The translations under genes were made by a program, and so were the position numbers. Positions 1 through 9,504 of a stretch of DNA of 36,109 nucleotides are shown in pieces. A model generated the notes under the pieces. The model was not told the origin of the DNA. It was given only the letters and a program-made list of their open reading frames with translations, and ran no database searches. The stretch covers positions 1 to 36,109 of the forward strand of contig JBMOFD010000010.1 in assembly GCA_049314435.1 (NCBI GenBank), in the 5' to 3' direction. This stretch comes from Chlamydiia bacterium. Its GTDB lineage: Bacteria; Chlamydiota; Chlamydiia; Chlamydiales; JBMOFD01. Every line of letters starts with the position of its first letter. The first letter of the stretch is position 1.

Positions 1-747
1 AACGCTGAGCAATCGGGGAGTGCGCACAAGACGGTGATGTTTGTGCATCGAGCCAATGAGCCGCCTGTTGAGTGCACCATGGTGCCCGATCTGGCTCTGG
101 CTGTAGCTGAGCGATTTGCCCTCCAAGGGAAAAACGTCTTAGTGCTGCTCACCGACATGACGGCGTTTGCGGATGCTCTGAAGGAGCTGGCCATCACGAT
201 GGACCAGATCCCATCGAATCGAGGCTATCCTGGTAGTTTGTATAGCGACTTGGCAGCGCGCTATGAGAAGGCTGTGCAGATCGATGGCGGTGGATCGATT
301 ACGATCATTGCCGTGACAACGATGCCAGGGGATGATGTGACCCACCCGGTTCCCGACAATACGGGCTACATCACCGAGGGGCAGATCTATCTAGCCAATG
401 GGCACATTGAGCCATTCGGATCGCTAAGCCGTTTGAAGCAGCAGGTGATCGGGAAGGTAACTCGAGAAGATCATAATGAACTTGCGAATGCTCTGATTCG
501 GCTGTATGCCGATTCCAGGAAGGCGCGTGAGCGACAGGCGATGGGATTCCGTGTCAGCTACTGGGATGAGAAGCTGCTGAAGTTTGCGGGTCTGTTCGAG
601 GAGGAGATGATGAATCTTCAAGTCAACTTGCCCCTAGACCGAGCGTTGGACCTGGGATGGAGAATCTTGGCCCAGTGTTTTGAGCCGACTGAGGTGGGCA
701 TGAAAGCCAAGTTAGTCGATATCTTCTGGCCGAAGGGAGGAGAGTGA
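1..747 (+). CDS. atpB: V/A-type ATP synthase subunit B (5'-truncated by window edge)
   Basis: Frame is open from base 1. Motifs [51 protein letters not shown] and [10 protein letters not shown]; followed by subunits D, I, K. Confidence 0.96.
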   Translation, partial: NAEQSGSAHKTVMFVHRANEPPVECTMVPDLALAVAERFALQGKNVLVLLTDMTAFADALKELAITMDQIPSNRGYPGSLYSDLAARYEKAVQIDGGGSITIIAVTTMPGDDVTHPVPDNTGYITEGQIYLANGHIEPFGSLSRLKQQVIGKVTREDHNELANALIRLYADSRKARERQAMGFRVSYWDEKLLKFAGLFEEEMMNLQVNLPLDRALDLGWRILAQCFEPTEVGMKAKLVDIFWPKGGE

Positions 748-748
748 G

Positions 749-1360
749 TTGACCACGCTGCGTCTTACCAAGGCCGAATTACGCGCACAGACGTTGAAGC
801 TGGCGCAGTTGCAGAAGTATTTGCCTACGTTGCAGCTGAAAAAGGCTCTTCTCCAAGCGGAGGTCTTGACTGCGCAGCAGCAGCTCGAGGTTCTTCTTGG
901 CAGAGTGGAAGAGCATCGTAATGCAGTGGAGCAGCTTCAGGGGCTTCTCTCTACCACGGAGTTTGATCCGACGAGTGTGCAGGTCGCACAGGTAGAGATA
1001 GGGTATGACCATGTGGCTGGGGTGGAGCTTCCTCGCCTTGAGGTCTTGACCTTTGTGCCGATTGAGCTCTCTCTCTTTCAGAGTCCGGCGTGGGTGGACC
1101 CACTTGTCGCCTCTGTGCAGGCGATGCTGTCGGCGATTGAGCGTTCTCGTATTGGTGAGATGCGGCTACAAGCTCTGCAGAGCGAGCTACGCGAGGTGAC
1201 CACGCGTGTGAATCTCTTTGAGAAGATCCTCATCCCACGGACTCGGGCCGCCATTCGTAAGATCAAGGTCTTTCTAGGGGACATCCAGCTCAGCGCCATC
1301 GCTCAAGCCAAGGTAGCTAAAGAGAAGATCCTAAGCCGTGTACAAGAGGAGGAGTCCTGA
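749..1360 (+). CDS. atpD: V/A-type ATP synthase subunit D
   Basis: TTG start; YLPTLQLKK and ELR.VTTRVNLFEKILIP motifs; stop overlaps the next ATG (TGATG). Confidence 0.95.
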   Translation: MTTLRLTKAELRAQTLKLAQLQKYLPTLQLKKALLQAEVLTAQQQLEVLLGRVEEHRNAVEQLQGLLSTTEFDPTSVQVAQVEIGYDHVAGVELPRLEVLTFVPIELSLFQSPAWVDPLVASVQAMLSAIERSRIGEMRLQALQSELREVTTRVNLFEKILIPRTRAAIRKIKVFLGDIQLSAIAQAKVAKEKILSRVQEEES

Positions 1361-3291
1361 TGCGAGTCGATGTCGAAAAGGTCCTGCTCGTAGGTTCAGT
1401 GAGTGAGCAGGAGGCGTTCTTCCACCATGTGCAGCGGATGGGCGGTCTCCTGGAGTTCATCGGGCAGCCCGTGCACGTAGGGGCAGAGCTCACCGGTTGG
1501 ATCGACCAATTGCAGAGCGCTCTCAAGATCTTGCGTCACCAACCCGCGCGTCAGCAGGAGATGCTCCCTCAGCATAGGACGACGGAGGAGATTGTTCACG
1601 AGGTTCTGAACCTGGAAGCTGAGCGTCTCACCTTAGAAGAGCAGCATCGAGCGCTTGCGATCGAGGCTGCGCGTGTAGAGCCATTTGGAGAGTTCATCCC
1701 CAAAGACATCCGCTGGTTAGAGAGCATCTCGCGGCGGCGCATGCGGTTTTTTTTCGTTCCCTCTGTGACGCCCGCTTCTAAGCGACCTGAGGTAGAGGGG
1801 TTGATCCCTCTGGGTTCGGCCTTTGATCTGGACTACTTTGCTGGGCTTCTACATGAAGAAACGGTTCCAGCTCCCTATGTGGAGATGGAGTTTGTTCGTC
1901 CCATTCAGGAAGTGCATGATGAGCTTCAGCAGAACCGTACTCACTATCGCAAGGTGCTCAGGCAGTTAGAGCAAGCCGCTGCGTGGATCGAAGAGCTACA
2001 GGATCGCTGTTTTCAGGTGATCGATCGAAGAGATCTTAGGCAGGCCTTGGCTAGTGTACGTCCCATCATGGAGGGACACCTCTTTGCCAGCTACGCTTGG
2101 ATGCCCCGTACGCAGCGCGCTAAGGTGCAGCAGGTCTGTCGTCGTCACCAGGTTCTGATGAAAGGGGTGGCGATCGAGTCTCACGATCAGGTCCCCACGG
2201 ACCTAGAGAATCGTGGGCTCAATCGCATTGGCGAAGACCTCGTTAACCTGTATGACACGCCCTCAACGAACGATCGAGACCCCTCAGGGTGGGTTCTATG
2301 GTCCTTTGCGCTCTTCTTTGCGATGATCATCAACGACGCCGGCTATGGCCTCCTCTTCGTCCTAGGCGCCCTCGGTGTCTCCTGGAAGAAAGGTAAGCTG
2401 CGTGGGGCGATGAAACGTTTCCAGCAGCTGGTTCTGCTCCTGGGATTCTGCAGCATCATCTGGGGCATGGGTGTACACAGCTTCTTCGGTTTGAATCTGC
2501 TTCCTGGCAGTGCCCTTGTAGAAGCTTCTCCTCTGGAATGGATGGTGGAGAAAAAGGCGGAGTACCATCTGACAAGACATGATGCAGTCTACCAGGAATG
2601 GGTCGGGCGGTTCCCAGAAGTGGCTCAAGCCAAATCTGGGGAACAGTTCCTGATGGCGGCGGTAGACCGCCAGCATGGAGAACCGAAATTTAAGGCACTC
2701 GAGACCTTCAGTGGCAACGTCCTCATGGAGTTCGCTCTCTTTGTGGGAGTCGTGCACCTCAGCCTGGGTATGGTCCGTCACCTGGACCGTAACATGGCGG
2801 GTCTCGGCTGGATCCTCTGCATGTGGGGAGGCTTCCTTTTTGCCCCGAGCTTTTTGAAAGCGACCTCCTTCTTCCAATATGTCGTGGGCATCCCGCCGGC
2901 GATTGCTGAGCGCTATGGGCTGGAGGTCATGCTTGTTGGTGTGGGATTGGCCTGTATTCTGGCTGTGGTGCAGCGTGGTTGGCTGGGGCTCACGGAGATC
3001 ACGAAGGGGATCTCCCTGCTCTCCGATGTGCTGAGCTACCTGCGACTGTATGCGTTAGGGTTGGCTGGTGCGATCATCGCTTCGGTTGCTAACGATCTAG
3101 GCAGTGCTGTCGGGTTGTTTGCGGGCACGTTGATCATCCTCGTCGGTCATATGGTGAATATCTTGATGACGGTCATGGCGGGCGTGATCCATGGACTCCG
3201 CCTAAACTTTCTCGAGTGGTACAATACCTGCTTTGAAGGAGGCGGTCGGTTATTCCGTCCCCTTCGCTTACTTTCACGTTTTTCTGAATAG
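1360..3291 (+). CDS. atpI: V/A-type ATP synthase subunit I (a)
   Basis: Soluble N-half and multi-TM C-half; FFAMI..DAGYG, DVLSYLRLYALGLA and IHGLRLNFLEW motifs. Confidence 0.96.
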   Translation: MRVDVEKVLLVGSVSEQEAFFHHVQRMGGLLEFIGQPVHVGAELTGWIDQLQSALKILRHQPARQQEMLPQHRTTEEIVHEVLNLEAERLTLEEQHRALAIEAARVEPFGEFIPKDIRWLESISRRRMRFFFVPSVTPASKRPEVEGLIPLGSAFDLDYFAGLLHEETVPAPYVEMEFVRPIQEVHDELQQNRTHYRKVLRQLEQAAAWIEELQDRCFQVIDRRDLRQALASVRPIMEGHLFASYAWMPRTQRAKVQQVCRRHQVLMKGVAIESHDQVPTDLENRGLNRIGEDLVNLYDTPSTNDRDPSGWVLWSFALFFAMIINDAGYGLLFVLGALGVSWKKGKLRGAMKRFQQLVLLLGFCSIIWGMGVHSFFGLNLLPGSALVEASPLEWMVEKKAEYHLTRHDAVYQEWVGRFPEVAQAKSGEQFLMAAVDRQHGEPKFKALETFSGNVLMEFALFVGVVHLSLGMVRHLDRNMAGLGWILCMWGGFLFAPSFLKATSFFQYVVGIPPAIAERYGLEVMLVGVGLACILAVVQRGWLGLTEITKGISLLSDVLSYLRLYALGLAGAIIASVANDLGSAVGLFAGTLIILVGHMVNILMTVMAGVIHGLRLNFLEWYNTCFEGGGRLFRPLRLLSRFSE

Positions 3292-3302
3292 ATAGGGGTC
3301 TT

Positions 3303-3728
3303 ATGGACTATGCGATGTTGGGCCCAGCCGCTGTGTTGGGACTTGGGTGTATTGGCAGCTCAATCGGTTGTGGGATCGCCGGGATGGCCTCTCATGCTGT
3401 GATGTCTCGTGTGGAAGAAGGTCACGGGAAGTATATCACCGCGGCGGCGATGCCAGCGTCGCAGAGTCTCTATAGCTTCATCCTGATGTACATCATGATG
3501 AACGCCATCCGCTCGGGCCAGCTTGACCCTTTCAATGCGATCGGGATCGGTGTCTTCAGTGGTGTCGTCATGCTTATGAGCTCGATGTACCAAGGGATGT
3601 GTGCTGCCAGTGCGATCCAAGCCAGTGCTCGACAGCCTTCGATCTATGGTAAGAGCCTAGCGTCTTTAGGGATCATCGAAGGGTTCTCCCTCTTTGACTT
3701 CGTCTTCACGCTGCTCCTTATCGCCTAG
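3303..3728 (+). CDS. atpK: V/A-type ATP synthase proteolipid subunit K (c), four TM helices
   Basis: 141 aa hydrophobic protein; PASQSLY, YQG and IIEG motifs matching the NtpK-type ion-binding site; last ATPase gene of the operon. Confidence 0.95.
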   Translation: MDYAMLGPAAVLGLGCIGSSIGCGIAGMASHAVMSRVEEGHGKYITAAAMPASQSLYSFILMYIMMNAIRSGQLDPFNAIGIGVFSGVVMLMSSMYQGMCAASAIQASARQPSIYGKSLASLGIIEGFSLFDFVFTLLLIA

Positions 3729-3733
3729 ACTCA

Positions 3734-4195
3734 ATGGGCGTACAACGGCTCTGGTGGGCGCTTTTCTTCGGATTGACGGGGTGTACGGGGCTCTTCACCA
3801 CAGCCCCCTCCATCGAAGTCATGAGACAGGTCATCGACCGAGACTTCTATGCGAGTGCCCAGATTGGGACCCCAGATCCACAAGCCCCCCATTATCTAGA
3901 GGGAGAATGCCTGGTCATTCGCTGGTGTGTACCAGAGGATTGGGTGGGCACAGACGCTAAAGTTCTTCTCGAAGTTCTCTATCGTAATCGCGAGCGTCAA
4001 CAGCAGCAGTGGCCTATCGTCGCCAAAGAACAGACGATACGCGTGAGTAGTATGGGAGAGGAGTTCTGCCGGACTAGGGGTTTCCTGACGTACAAAGTCT
4101 CGATCGTCGATCAGGGACAGACCCTGGTCTCCGCACCACATCAACTTTGGTTCAACTGGATCGATCCCGCAGCCCAAGAGTCGGCTAGCGAATGA
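3734..4195 (+). CDS. Lipoprotein, likely homologue of the conserved chlamydial gene following atpK (CT303-like)
   Basis: Signal peptide with lipobox LTGC; 5 bp after the atpK stop; position matches chlamydial synteny as I recall it. Confidence 0.75.
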   Translation: MGVQRLWWALFFGLTGCTGLFTTAPSIEVMRQVIDRDFYASAQIGTPDPQAPHYLEGECLVIRWCVPEDWVGTDAKVLLEVLYRNRERQQQQWPIVAKEQTIRVSSMGEEFCRTRGFLTYKVSIVDQGQTLVSAPHQLWFNWIDPAAQESASE

Positions 4196-5151
4196 AGTGC
4201 TAACAGGGTCTGTTCCCAGCTGAGACATGGGTCTGTGACCGATAGACCTGGCGTAGGATCACCCTGAACGAGCTGTCTGCCCTCGTGTAGGTAGGACTCG
4301 AGCATGATCCCCCCAAAGCGCGGATGCTCTAAGGGCAGCCGATCCAAGATCTGCAGTTGACCTCGGGACGTCTTGCGGGCGTTCCCGTGGGCGCAATCGA
4401 TGAGGAACTGCGTAGGGATCTGCCGCTGTTCTAGCCCCTCTGTCATGACCTCAAGTTCATCTGGCGAGATGTTGGGTCCATCGAATCCGCCACGCAGGAT
4501 GATGTGACTGTCTGCATTGCCCGGTGCAATCGCCGCGCAGAGCCGTCCATCGCCATTGATCTGGTAGGTCGACTGGGGATGGCGAGCGGACCAGATGCTA
4601 TCCAGGGCGGTCTTCACATCACCGGTGAGGTCATTTTTGATCCCTACAGGGAAAGGAGCCGCGCTGGCCAATTCTCGGTGGATCTGGCTCGAGCAAGTGC
4701 GTGCGCCTATACAGCCCCAGCTAAGGCAGTCCTCCACATAGGGGAGCAGGGCCGGCTGTAGCAGTTCGGATCCGAGGGCTACTCCGGAGTTCAAGAGAGA
4801 TCTGAGAAGGACCCGAGTGGCTTCTACGCGTCCAATGAGCTCGTCAGGATGGCTAGCATGGACATATCCCTTCCATCCATCGAGAGAACGGGGTTTTTCG
4901 AAGAAGGCCCGCATCACGATCACCCACTCAGAGGGGAGGCTCTTCTGGGCCTCACAGAGTAACTCCGCATAGCGTAGAGCACCCTCGTGGCCATCGAGGC
5001 TGCAGGGACCCATGATGATCAGGAACCCATGCCCGTGGAGTGCTTCCTGGACCCGCTGACGAGCATGGAGTACGTTCTGCCTCAGAGTTTCATCAATGGG
5101 AAACGCTGTGACGAGTTCGTTTGGAGTGGGTAAAGGAGCTAGGAAAACCAT
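4141..5151 (-). CDS. aroG: DAHP synthase, class I-alpha (AroF/G/H-like)
   Basis: GPCS, MRAFFEKPR..GWKG, IGART, G.KN, HIILRGG, IDCAHGN, GIMLES and SVTDPCLSW motifs. Isozyme identity cannot be determined. Confidence 0.9.
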   Translation of the reverse strand: MVFLAPLPTPNELVTAFPIDETLRQNVLHARQRVQEALHGHGFLIIMGPCSLDGHEGALRYAELLCEAQKSLPSEWVIVMRAFFEKPRSLDGWKGYVHASHPDELIGRVEATRVLLRSLLNSGVALGSELLQPALLPYVEDCLSWGCIGARTCSSQIHRELASAAPFPVGIKNDLTGDVKTALDSIWSARHPQSTYQINGDGRLCAAIAPGNADSHIILRGGFDGPNISPDELEVMTEGLEQRQIPTQFLIDCAHGNARKTSRGQLQILDRLPLEHPRFGGIMLESYLHEGRQLVQGDPTPGLSVTDPCLSWEQTLLALHSLADSWAAGSIQLNQS

Positions 5152-5246
5152 GTGCGCCCAGCATAGCCGATGGGAAGTCGGTAAACAAGGTGCTCAGATG
5201 GGATGTTAGGCGATGGGAGCTATAGCCTCGCCAGATCCATCGTGAC

Positions 5247-6635
5247 TCAAAGCAGGATGCATCCATCATCGGGTTTGTAGGTGGGTTCGCCAATGATCGG
5301 AGGGGTAACAGTTCGGGTTGTAGGGACCCATAAGTCCGGAGCGGTATCGTCTTGGACCCTACAGGCCTTCTGCATGAGTAGAGAGGTGTGCTGTAGGACG
5401 ACTTCTCGGACCAGCGTGGCTTGGATGCTGTTTGTTCCGAATGCATGTTCTAAAATCAGAGCCGCTTCCTGTGCTCCGTGCAACTCCTCTCTTAAGGAGG
5501 CGTGGTCGGTGGAGGAAATCAGAACCCGCCGGCCGTTATAGGAGACGAGCTGATGCCCATCAGCGCTGACGGAGGCGTTTTCTCCATCGATACATCCGGG
5601 AAACTTCTCTCGATCAAGCCGGCGAAAGATGCCATTGACCTGAACCGCCATGACGCTCCAGTCAGGGGTAAGAAGTAGATCACCGACCCACTCGTTCGGT
5701 TGAATGGGACCCAGCTCCAATGGTTGGAAGGTCCTTTTAAGGATCTCGCCTGATGAGGCTTCGATGGCTAGGGTACTTAGCCACGCGGACGATTCACCCA
5801 TGGCTCTGTCGCCTGCACTCCAGGAAACCATGCGCACCTCATCGGACGTTTCTCTTATTAAATTTTCGGGTCTGGTGCGGGAATTACTAATATAGCTGCG
5901 TGGGCCTGGAAACAACCTGGATTCGAAGGCCCCTACGAATTGACCAGATACGCGATTCCAGATCAATGAAGTGCGTCGAGGGCTAACCCCTGCCCCTGCT
6001 ATGACCCACTTGTTTCTTGGACTTACGAGGACCTGTCCGGTCAATGCGTCCTCGGACTGAAGGGTCTGTGTAACTTCGCCGCTCCAGCTCACAAAGTAGA
6101 TGATGAAGCCATGGTCGGGTGCCGAGACGATGCCGGATCCATCGGGTACTACTGAGACTTCGTACGGCCATGAGCGGGTCGCTTTGGGCCGTGAACACTT
6201 GGAGAGTTGCTTGCCATCAGTGGTTCGGTAGGTGGCCACCCAGGTGTCGGTGACCATCACGACCCTTTCCATGTCGTGTGAAAAGGAAGCGCGCCCCGAT
6301 AGCTCGCCAAAATTCTTCCGCCACAAGCGTGTGGCTTTTCTTTGACGCGGGTAGATCCCGTTTCCACAGCGGCGCTCCGGGATATCTCTCCAGATTGACG
6401 TGGAAAATACTTTAATTATGTGGTCATGGCCCTTGCCTGGGTCAACAGCATAGGTTAAAAGGTACCGTCCATCTGCGCTTACAGTGGCTTCCAAGATATC
6501 GAGGCCCTGATGAGTGTCTTGATGAACGAATTCAGGGTGTGCAATGGCTGATGAGATGGCCACAATATCCTCGTAAAAGACCCATGCATGTCTTGCGTAA
6601 CAATAATATACCTTTCCGTCGTATCGTGACATCAT
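5247..6635 (-). CDS. WD40/YVTN-like beta-propeller protein with C-terminal CaaX box (CILL); putative effector
   Basis: Repeated blade motifs VSADGRYLL, FSHDMERVV, VVPDGSGIVS, VSPRNKWVI, LTPDWSVMA, VSADGHQLVS; ends DDGCILL-stop. Confidence 0.75.
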   Translation of the reverse strand: MMSRYDGKVYYCYARHAWVFYEDIVAISSAIAHPEFVHQDTHQGLDILEATVSADGRYLLTYAVDPGKGHDHIIKVFSTSIWRDIPERRCGNGIYPRQRKATRLWRKNFGELSGRASFSHDMERVVMVTDTWVATYRTTDGKQLSKCSRPKATRSWPYEVSVVPDGSGIVSAPDHGFIIYFVSWSGEVTQTLQSEDALTGQVLVSPRNKWVIAGAGVSPRRTSLIWNRVSGQFVGAFESRLFPGPRSYISNSRTRPENLIRETSDEVRMVSWSAGDRAMGESSAWLSTLAIEASSGEILKRTFQPLELGPIQPNEWVGDLLLTPDWSVMAVQVNGIFRRLDREKFPGCIDGENASVSADGHQLVSYNGRRVLISSTDHASLREELHGAQEAALILEHAFGTNSIQATLVREVVLQHTSLLMQKACRVQDDTAPDLWVPTTRTVTPPIIGEPTYKPDDGCILL

Positions 6636-6661
6636 TTGTTATTACATTTGATCAAGCAAAT

Positions 6662-6667
6662 ATTATA
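6662..6667 (-). promoter_or_regulatory. Candidate sigma70/sigma66 -10 box for the beta-propeller gene
   Basis: Perfect TATAAT 26 bp upstream of the ATG in an AT-rich patch; no good -35. Confidence 0.4.
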
Positions 6668-6850
6668 CCTTGGACGGAGCTCCAGCAGCCTCACGGTCGC
6701 CGCTAGAGCGAAGCGCTACGTGCTCTACGAAGAGCTGGCGGCCTTCTCTTGGCTAAACGGACGCGCATCGAAGAAGAGCTCGATCCCGATGATCAGCCCT
6801 TGTGGCTCCAATAGCGCCTTGGACGGGGAGGAGGCTGCACAACTTGTCTT

Positions 6851-7477
6851 CTATCGGCGCAGAAGCTGGTAGAGCAGAGTGACATTCCGATCGCCATAGA
6901 GATCAGCAATCTGCCGTAGGTGATCGATGGATAGTTGTCGAAGATCAGAAGGCTCGATGCGATAGAATTCGGTCACCAAGCTCTCCATCTCTTCCAAGTT
7001 ATCAGCTCTCAGCTGTCGGGCCACCAGATCGCACAGCGCCTTTTCAGGGGAGGCGGCCAGAGCCCTACCTGCGGGAAACTCCCGAGATCGAACTCCTACT
7101 GGATAAACCGGCGAGGTCAGCTGGTAGTAGATGAAAGCAGCTATAGGCGTATAGATTACGCGTTTGGGTAGAACCGAAATGCTTGTCGGGTTGACGGCTC
7201 GTTCGGGGATCAAACCTTCTAGGGACAGGATCCATTCCAAGCTTAGGTAGCTGGGTCCGTAGAGGAGGTTGGCAATCGCCTCGAATGGAATTGAGCCCGG
7301 CTGAGCTGCTGGATGATCGGCGATAAGGAAAAAACCTCGTCGCAACCGGATGAGAGTCCCGTTCTGGACCAACGTGTGAATGACTCCATTGGGCTTCGGA
7401 CTATCACGCAGAAGTGCATGCAGTATTGTGCTGGTCACATAGGGCAGCCGATGCCGAGGCAGGGAGAGGCGATACAT
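6851..7477 (-). CDS. AbiEi-like (type IV TA antitoxin) wHTH protein
   Basis: LIRLRRGFF, IANLLYGPSYLSLEW.LS..GLIPE and A.PEKALCD are typical of AbiEi-family antitoxins. Start uncertain (7477 preferred over 7585). Confidence 0.8.
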   Translation of the reverse strand: MYRLSLPRHRLPYVTSTILHALLRDSPKPNGVIHTLVQNGTLIRLRRGFFLIADHPAAQPGSIPFEAIANLLYGPSYLSLEWILSLEGLIPERAVNPTSISVLPKRVIYTPIAAFIYYQLTSPVYPVGVRSREFPAGRALAASPEKALCDLVARQLRADNLEEMESLVTEFYRIEPSDLRQLSIDHLRQIADLYGDRNVTLLYQLLRR

Positions 7478-7599
7478 ACGAGGATAATCCCGAAAAACGG
7501 GATTATCCTCGTGCCATCCGTCGAAAAGCAAGGCACTCGTATCAGCCCGATGGAAGATCCGACAGGCGCGCGCCCAGGTGGCCAATGAGCTGAGAGGCT

Positions 7600-9489
7600 A
7601 TGAGCAGGCTCTTCCCATTCTTAGGAAAGGCACAATCAGGTATCTCCAAGGAAGAGGACCAAGCGATGCAACTGATCAAAGAGCCGCCAGCGACCATACG
7701 CAATGTGATGCGTGCCTTGGGATTGGTGTTTGGCGACATCGGTACAAGCCCGATCTATACCTTCAACGTCATACTCCTTACGGTAGCTCCGACCCACGAC
7801 AATATTATCGGCATCATCTCCCTGTTCTTCTGGACCCTCATCACAGTCGTAACGGGGCAGTATGCCTGGTTGGCGATGAGCGAGGCCAACCGTGGAGAGG
7901 GCGGACCGATGGTCCTTCGGGATCGGCTGGGGAGCCTGCTGCGCAATGGCCACAAGGCGGCGTGGCTGACCTTCATGCTGCATCTAGCCCTGGGGCTGAT
8001 GCTGGGCGATGGTGTGATCACACCAGCGATCTCCATTCTCTCAGCTGTGGAGGGGATTTCACTGGTGCCTGGTTTAGAGGGGATTCCTCACTGGGGCGTG
8101 CTTGTGATCGCCATGGGCATCACCCTCCTGCTCTTCAAGTTCCAAAAGCATGGAGCAGATCGTGTCAGCGACTTCTTTGGTCCCATTGTCGTGCTTTGGT
8201 TTGTTCTTCTGTTCACGTCTGGACTCGTCTACGTCCACGATTGGAAGCCGATCTGGTTGGCTCTGAACCCGCTCCGAGGGATCTCCTTCCTCATCGACAA
8301 CGCCTCCATTAGCTTCATCATCTTAAGTCAGGTCCTGCTGTGTGCCACTGGAGGTGAGGCGCTCTACTCCGACATCGGACACGTGGGCAGAAGGCCGATT
8401 CGTGTGGCATGGGCCTTTGTCTTCGTAGCCTTGGTCATCAACTACCTAGGGCAGGGCGCCTTCATGGAAAGCCACTCCTTTGGGGACAATATCCTCTTCC
8501 ACCTCTTCCAAGAGTGGTTGCCGGTTATGTATGTGCCCTTCTTGATCCTGACATGTCTAGCGACGGTCATTGCCTCACAGGCCGTCATCAGTAGCGTCTT
8601 CAGTGTGATCTATCAGGTGATGGGTGCTCGGCTGTTCCCGACGATGCGCGTGGTCTACACCTCGTTGCAAATGCGCACGCAGATCTATCTGCCCGCTATG
8701 AACTGGATCCTCTTTGGGTGTGTGATTGCGACTCTGTTGATCTTCCAGTCCTCTGCGAGTCTGGCCGATGCCTATGGTCTGGCTGTGATAGGCACGATGA
8801 CGATCACCGCGATCTTCCTCCTCATGATCTTCTGGAACGAGAAGTCGTGGCTTAAATTTGGATGTGCATGCGGGCTCTTGGTCATCGACGCAATGTTTCT
8901 TCTGTCGACCTTCTCGAAGATCCCGACCGGAGGCTACTGGTCTCTGATCCTTGCCGCGATCCCGTTTGGCTTGATGCGCCTCTATGCGGCGGGATCGCAT
9001 CGCATCCATGCAAACCTTCGTCCTATGGCGATGGATGACTTCGTGGGTCTCTTCAAGAAGGCCTATCCCAGGCAGGTGCACCTCCCTGGCGAGGGGCTCT
9101 ATGCCACGCGTTCCCTCGAGATGCTCTCGCCCTACATCATGAGTACGATGTTTGCGAACCAGATCATGTACACCACGAACATCATCTGTCAGGTGCGGCA
9201 AACCGAACAGCCCTATGGGCAGACGGCAGAGTTTCTCAACGATCCCGCTGCGGGTCTGAGACTCTTTCGCATTACGGTGGGCTATAAGGAAGTGGTCGAT
9301 CTGGGGGATGTCTTCAGCGCTCATGGCATCCAGCCGAATGCCGTCTTCTACGGCGCCGAGGAGATCGTGGCTCGGCGGTGGCCGTGGACCCTGTATGCAT
9401 GGCTTCGCAAGACGGGGAGTTCTTGGGTCCAGTTCTATCGGCTACCGATGGACGTAGCCCATGGTGTTATGCAGCGCGTGCAGCTCTAA
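7600..9489 (+). CDS. kup: KUP/HAK/KT potassium transporter
   Basis: LGLVFGDIGTSPIY, GEGG, DGVITPAISILSAVEG, TGGEALYSD.GH, NYLGQGA and AYGLAV motifs. An alternative start at 7666 has a GAGGA RBS. Confidence 0.95.
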   Translation: MSRLFPFLGKAQSGISKEEDQAMQLIKEPPATIRNVMRALGLVFGDIGTSPIYTFNVILLTVAPTHDNIIGIISLFFWTLITVVTGQYAWLAMSEANRGEGGPMVLRDRLGSLLRNGHKAAWLTFMLHLALGLMLGDGVITPAISILSAVEGISLVPGLEGIPHWGVLVIAMGITLLLFKFQKHGADRVSDFFGPIVVLWFVLLFTSGLVYVHDWKPIWLALNPLRGISFLIDNASISFIILSQVLLCATGGEALYSDIGHVGRRPIRVAWAFVFVALVINYLGQGAFMESHSFGDNILFHLFQEWLPVMYVPFLILTCLATVIASQAVISSVFSVIYQVMGARLFPTMRVVYTSLQMRTQIYLPAMNWILFGCVIATLLIFQSSASLADAYGLAVIGTMTITAIFLLMIFWNEKSWLKFGCACGLLVIDAMFLLSTFSKIPTGGYWSLILAAIPFGLMRLYAAGSHRIHANLRPMAMDDFVGLFKKAYPRQVHLPGEGLYATRSLEMLSPYIMSTMFANQIMYTTNIICQVRQTEQPYGQTAEFLNDPAAGLRLFRITVGYKEVVDLGDVFSAHGIQPNAVFYGAEEIVARRWPWTLYAWLRKTGSSWVQFYRLPMDVAHGVMQRVQL

Positions 9490-9504
9490 CAGCCGGCCGT
9501 TGCA

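Noticed and set aside
7578..8312. 244-aa alternative-frame ORF over kup, and similar shadow ORFs (8575-9324, 18539-19285, 34493-35128, 2362-2877)
   Set aside because: They overlap well-supported genes, show no motifs, and are expected in GC-rich DNA.
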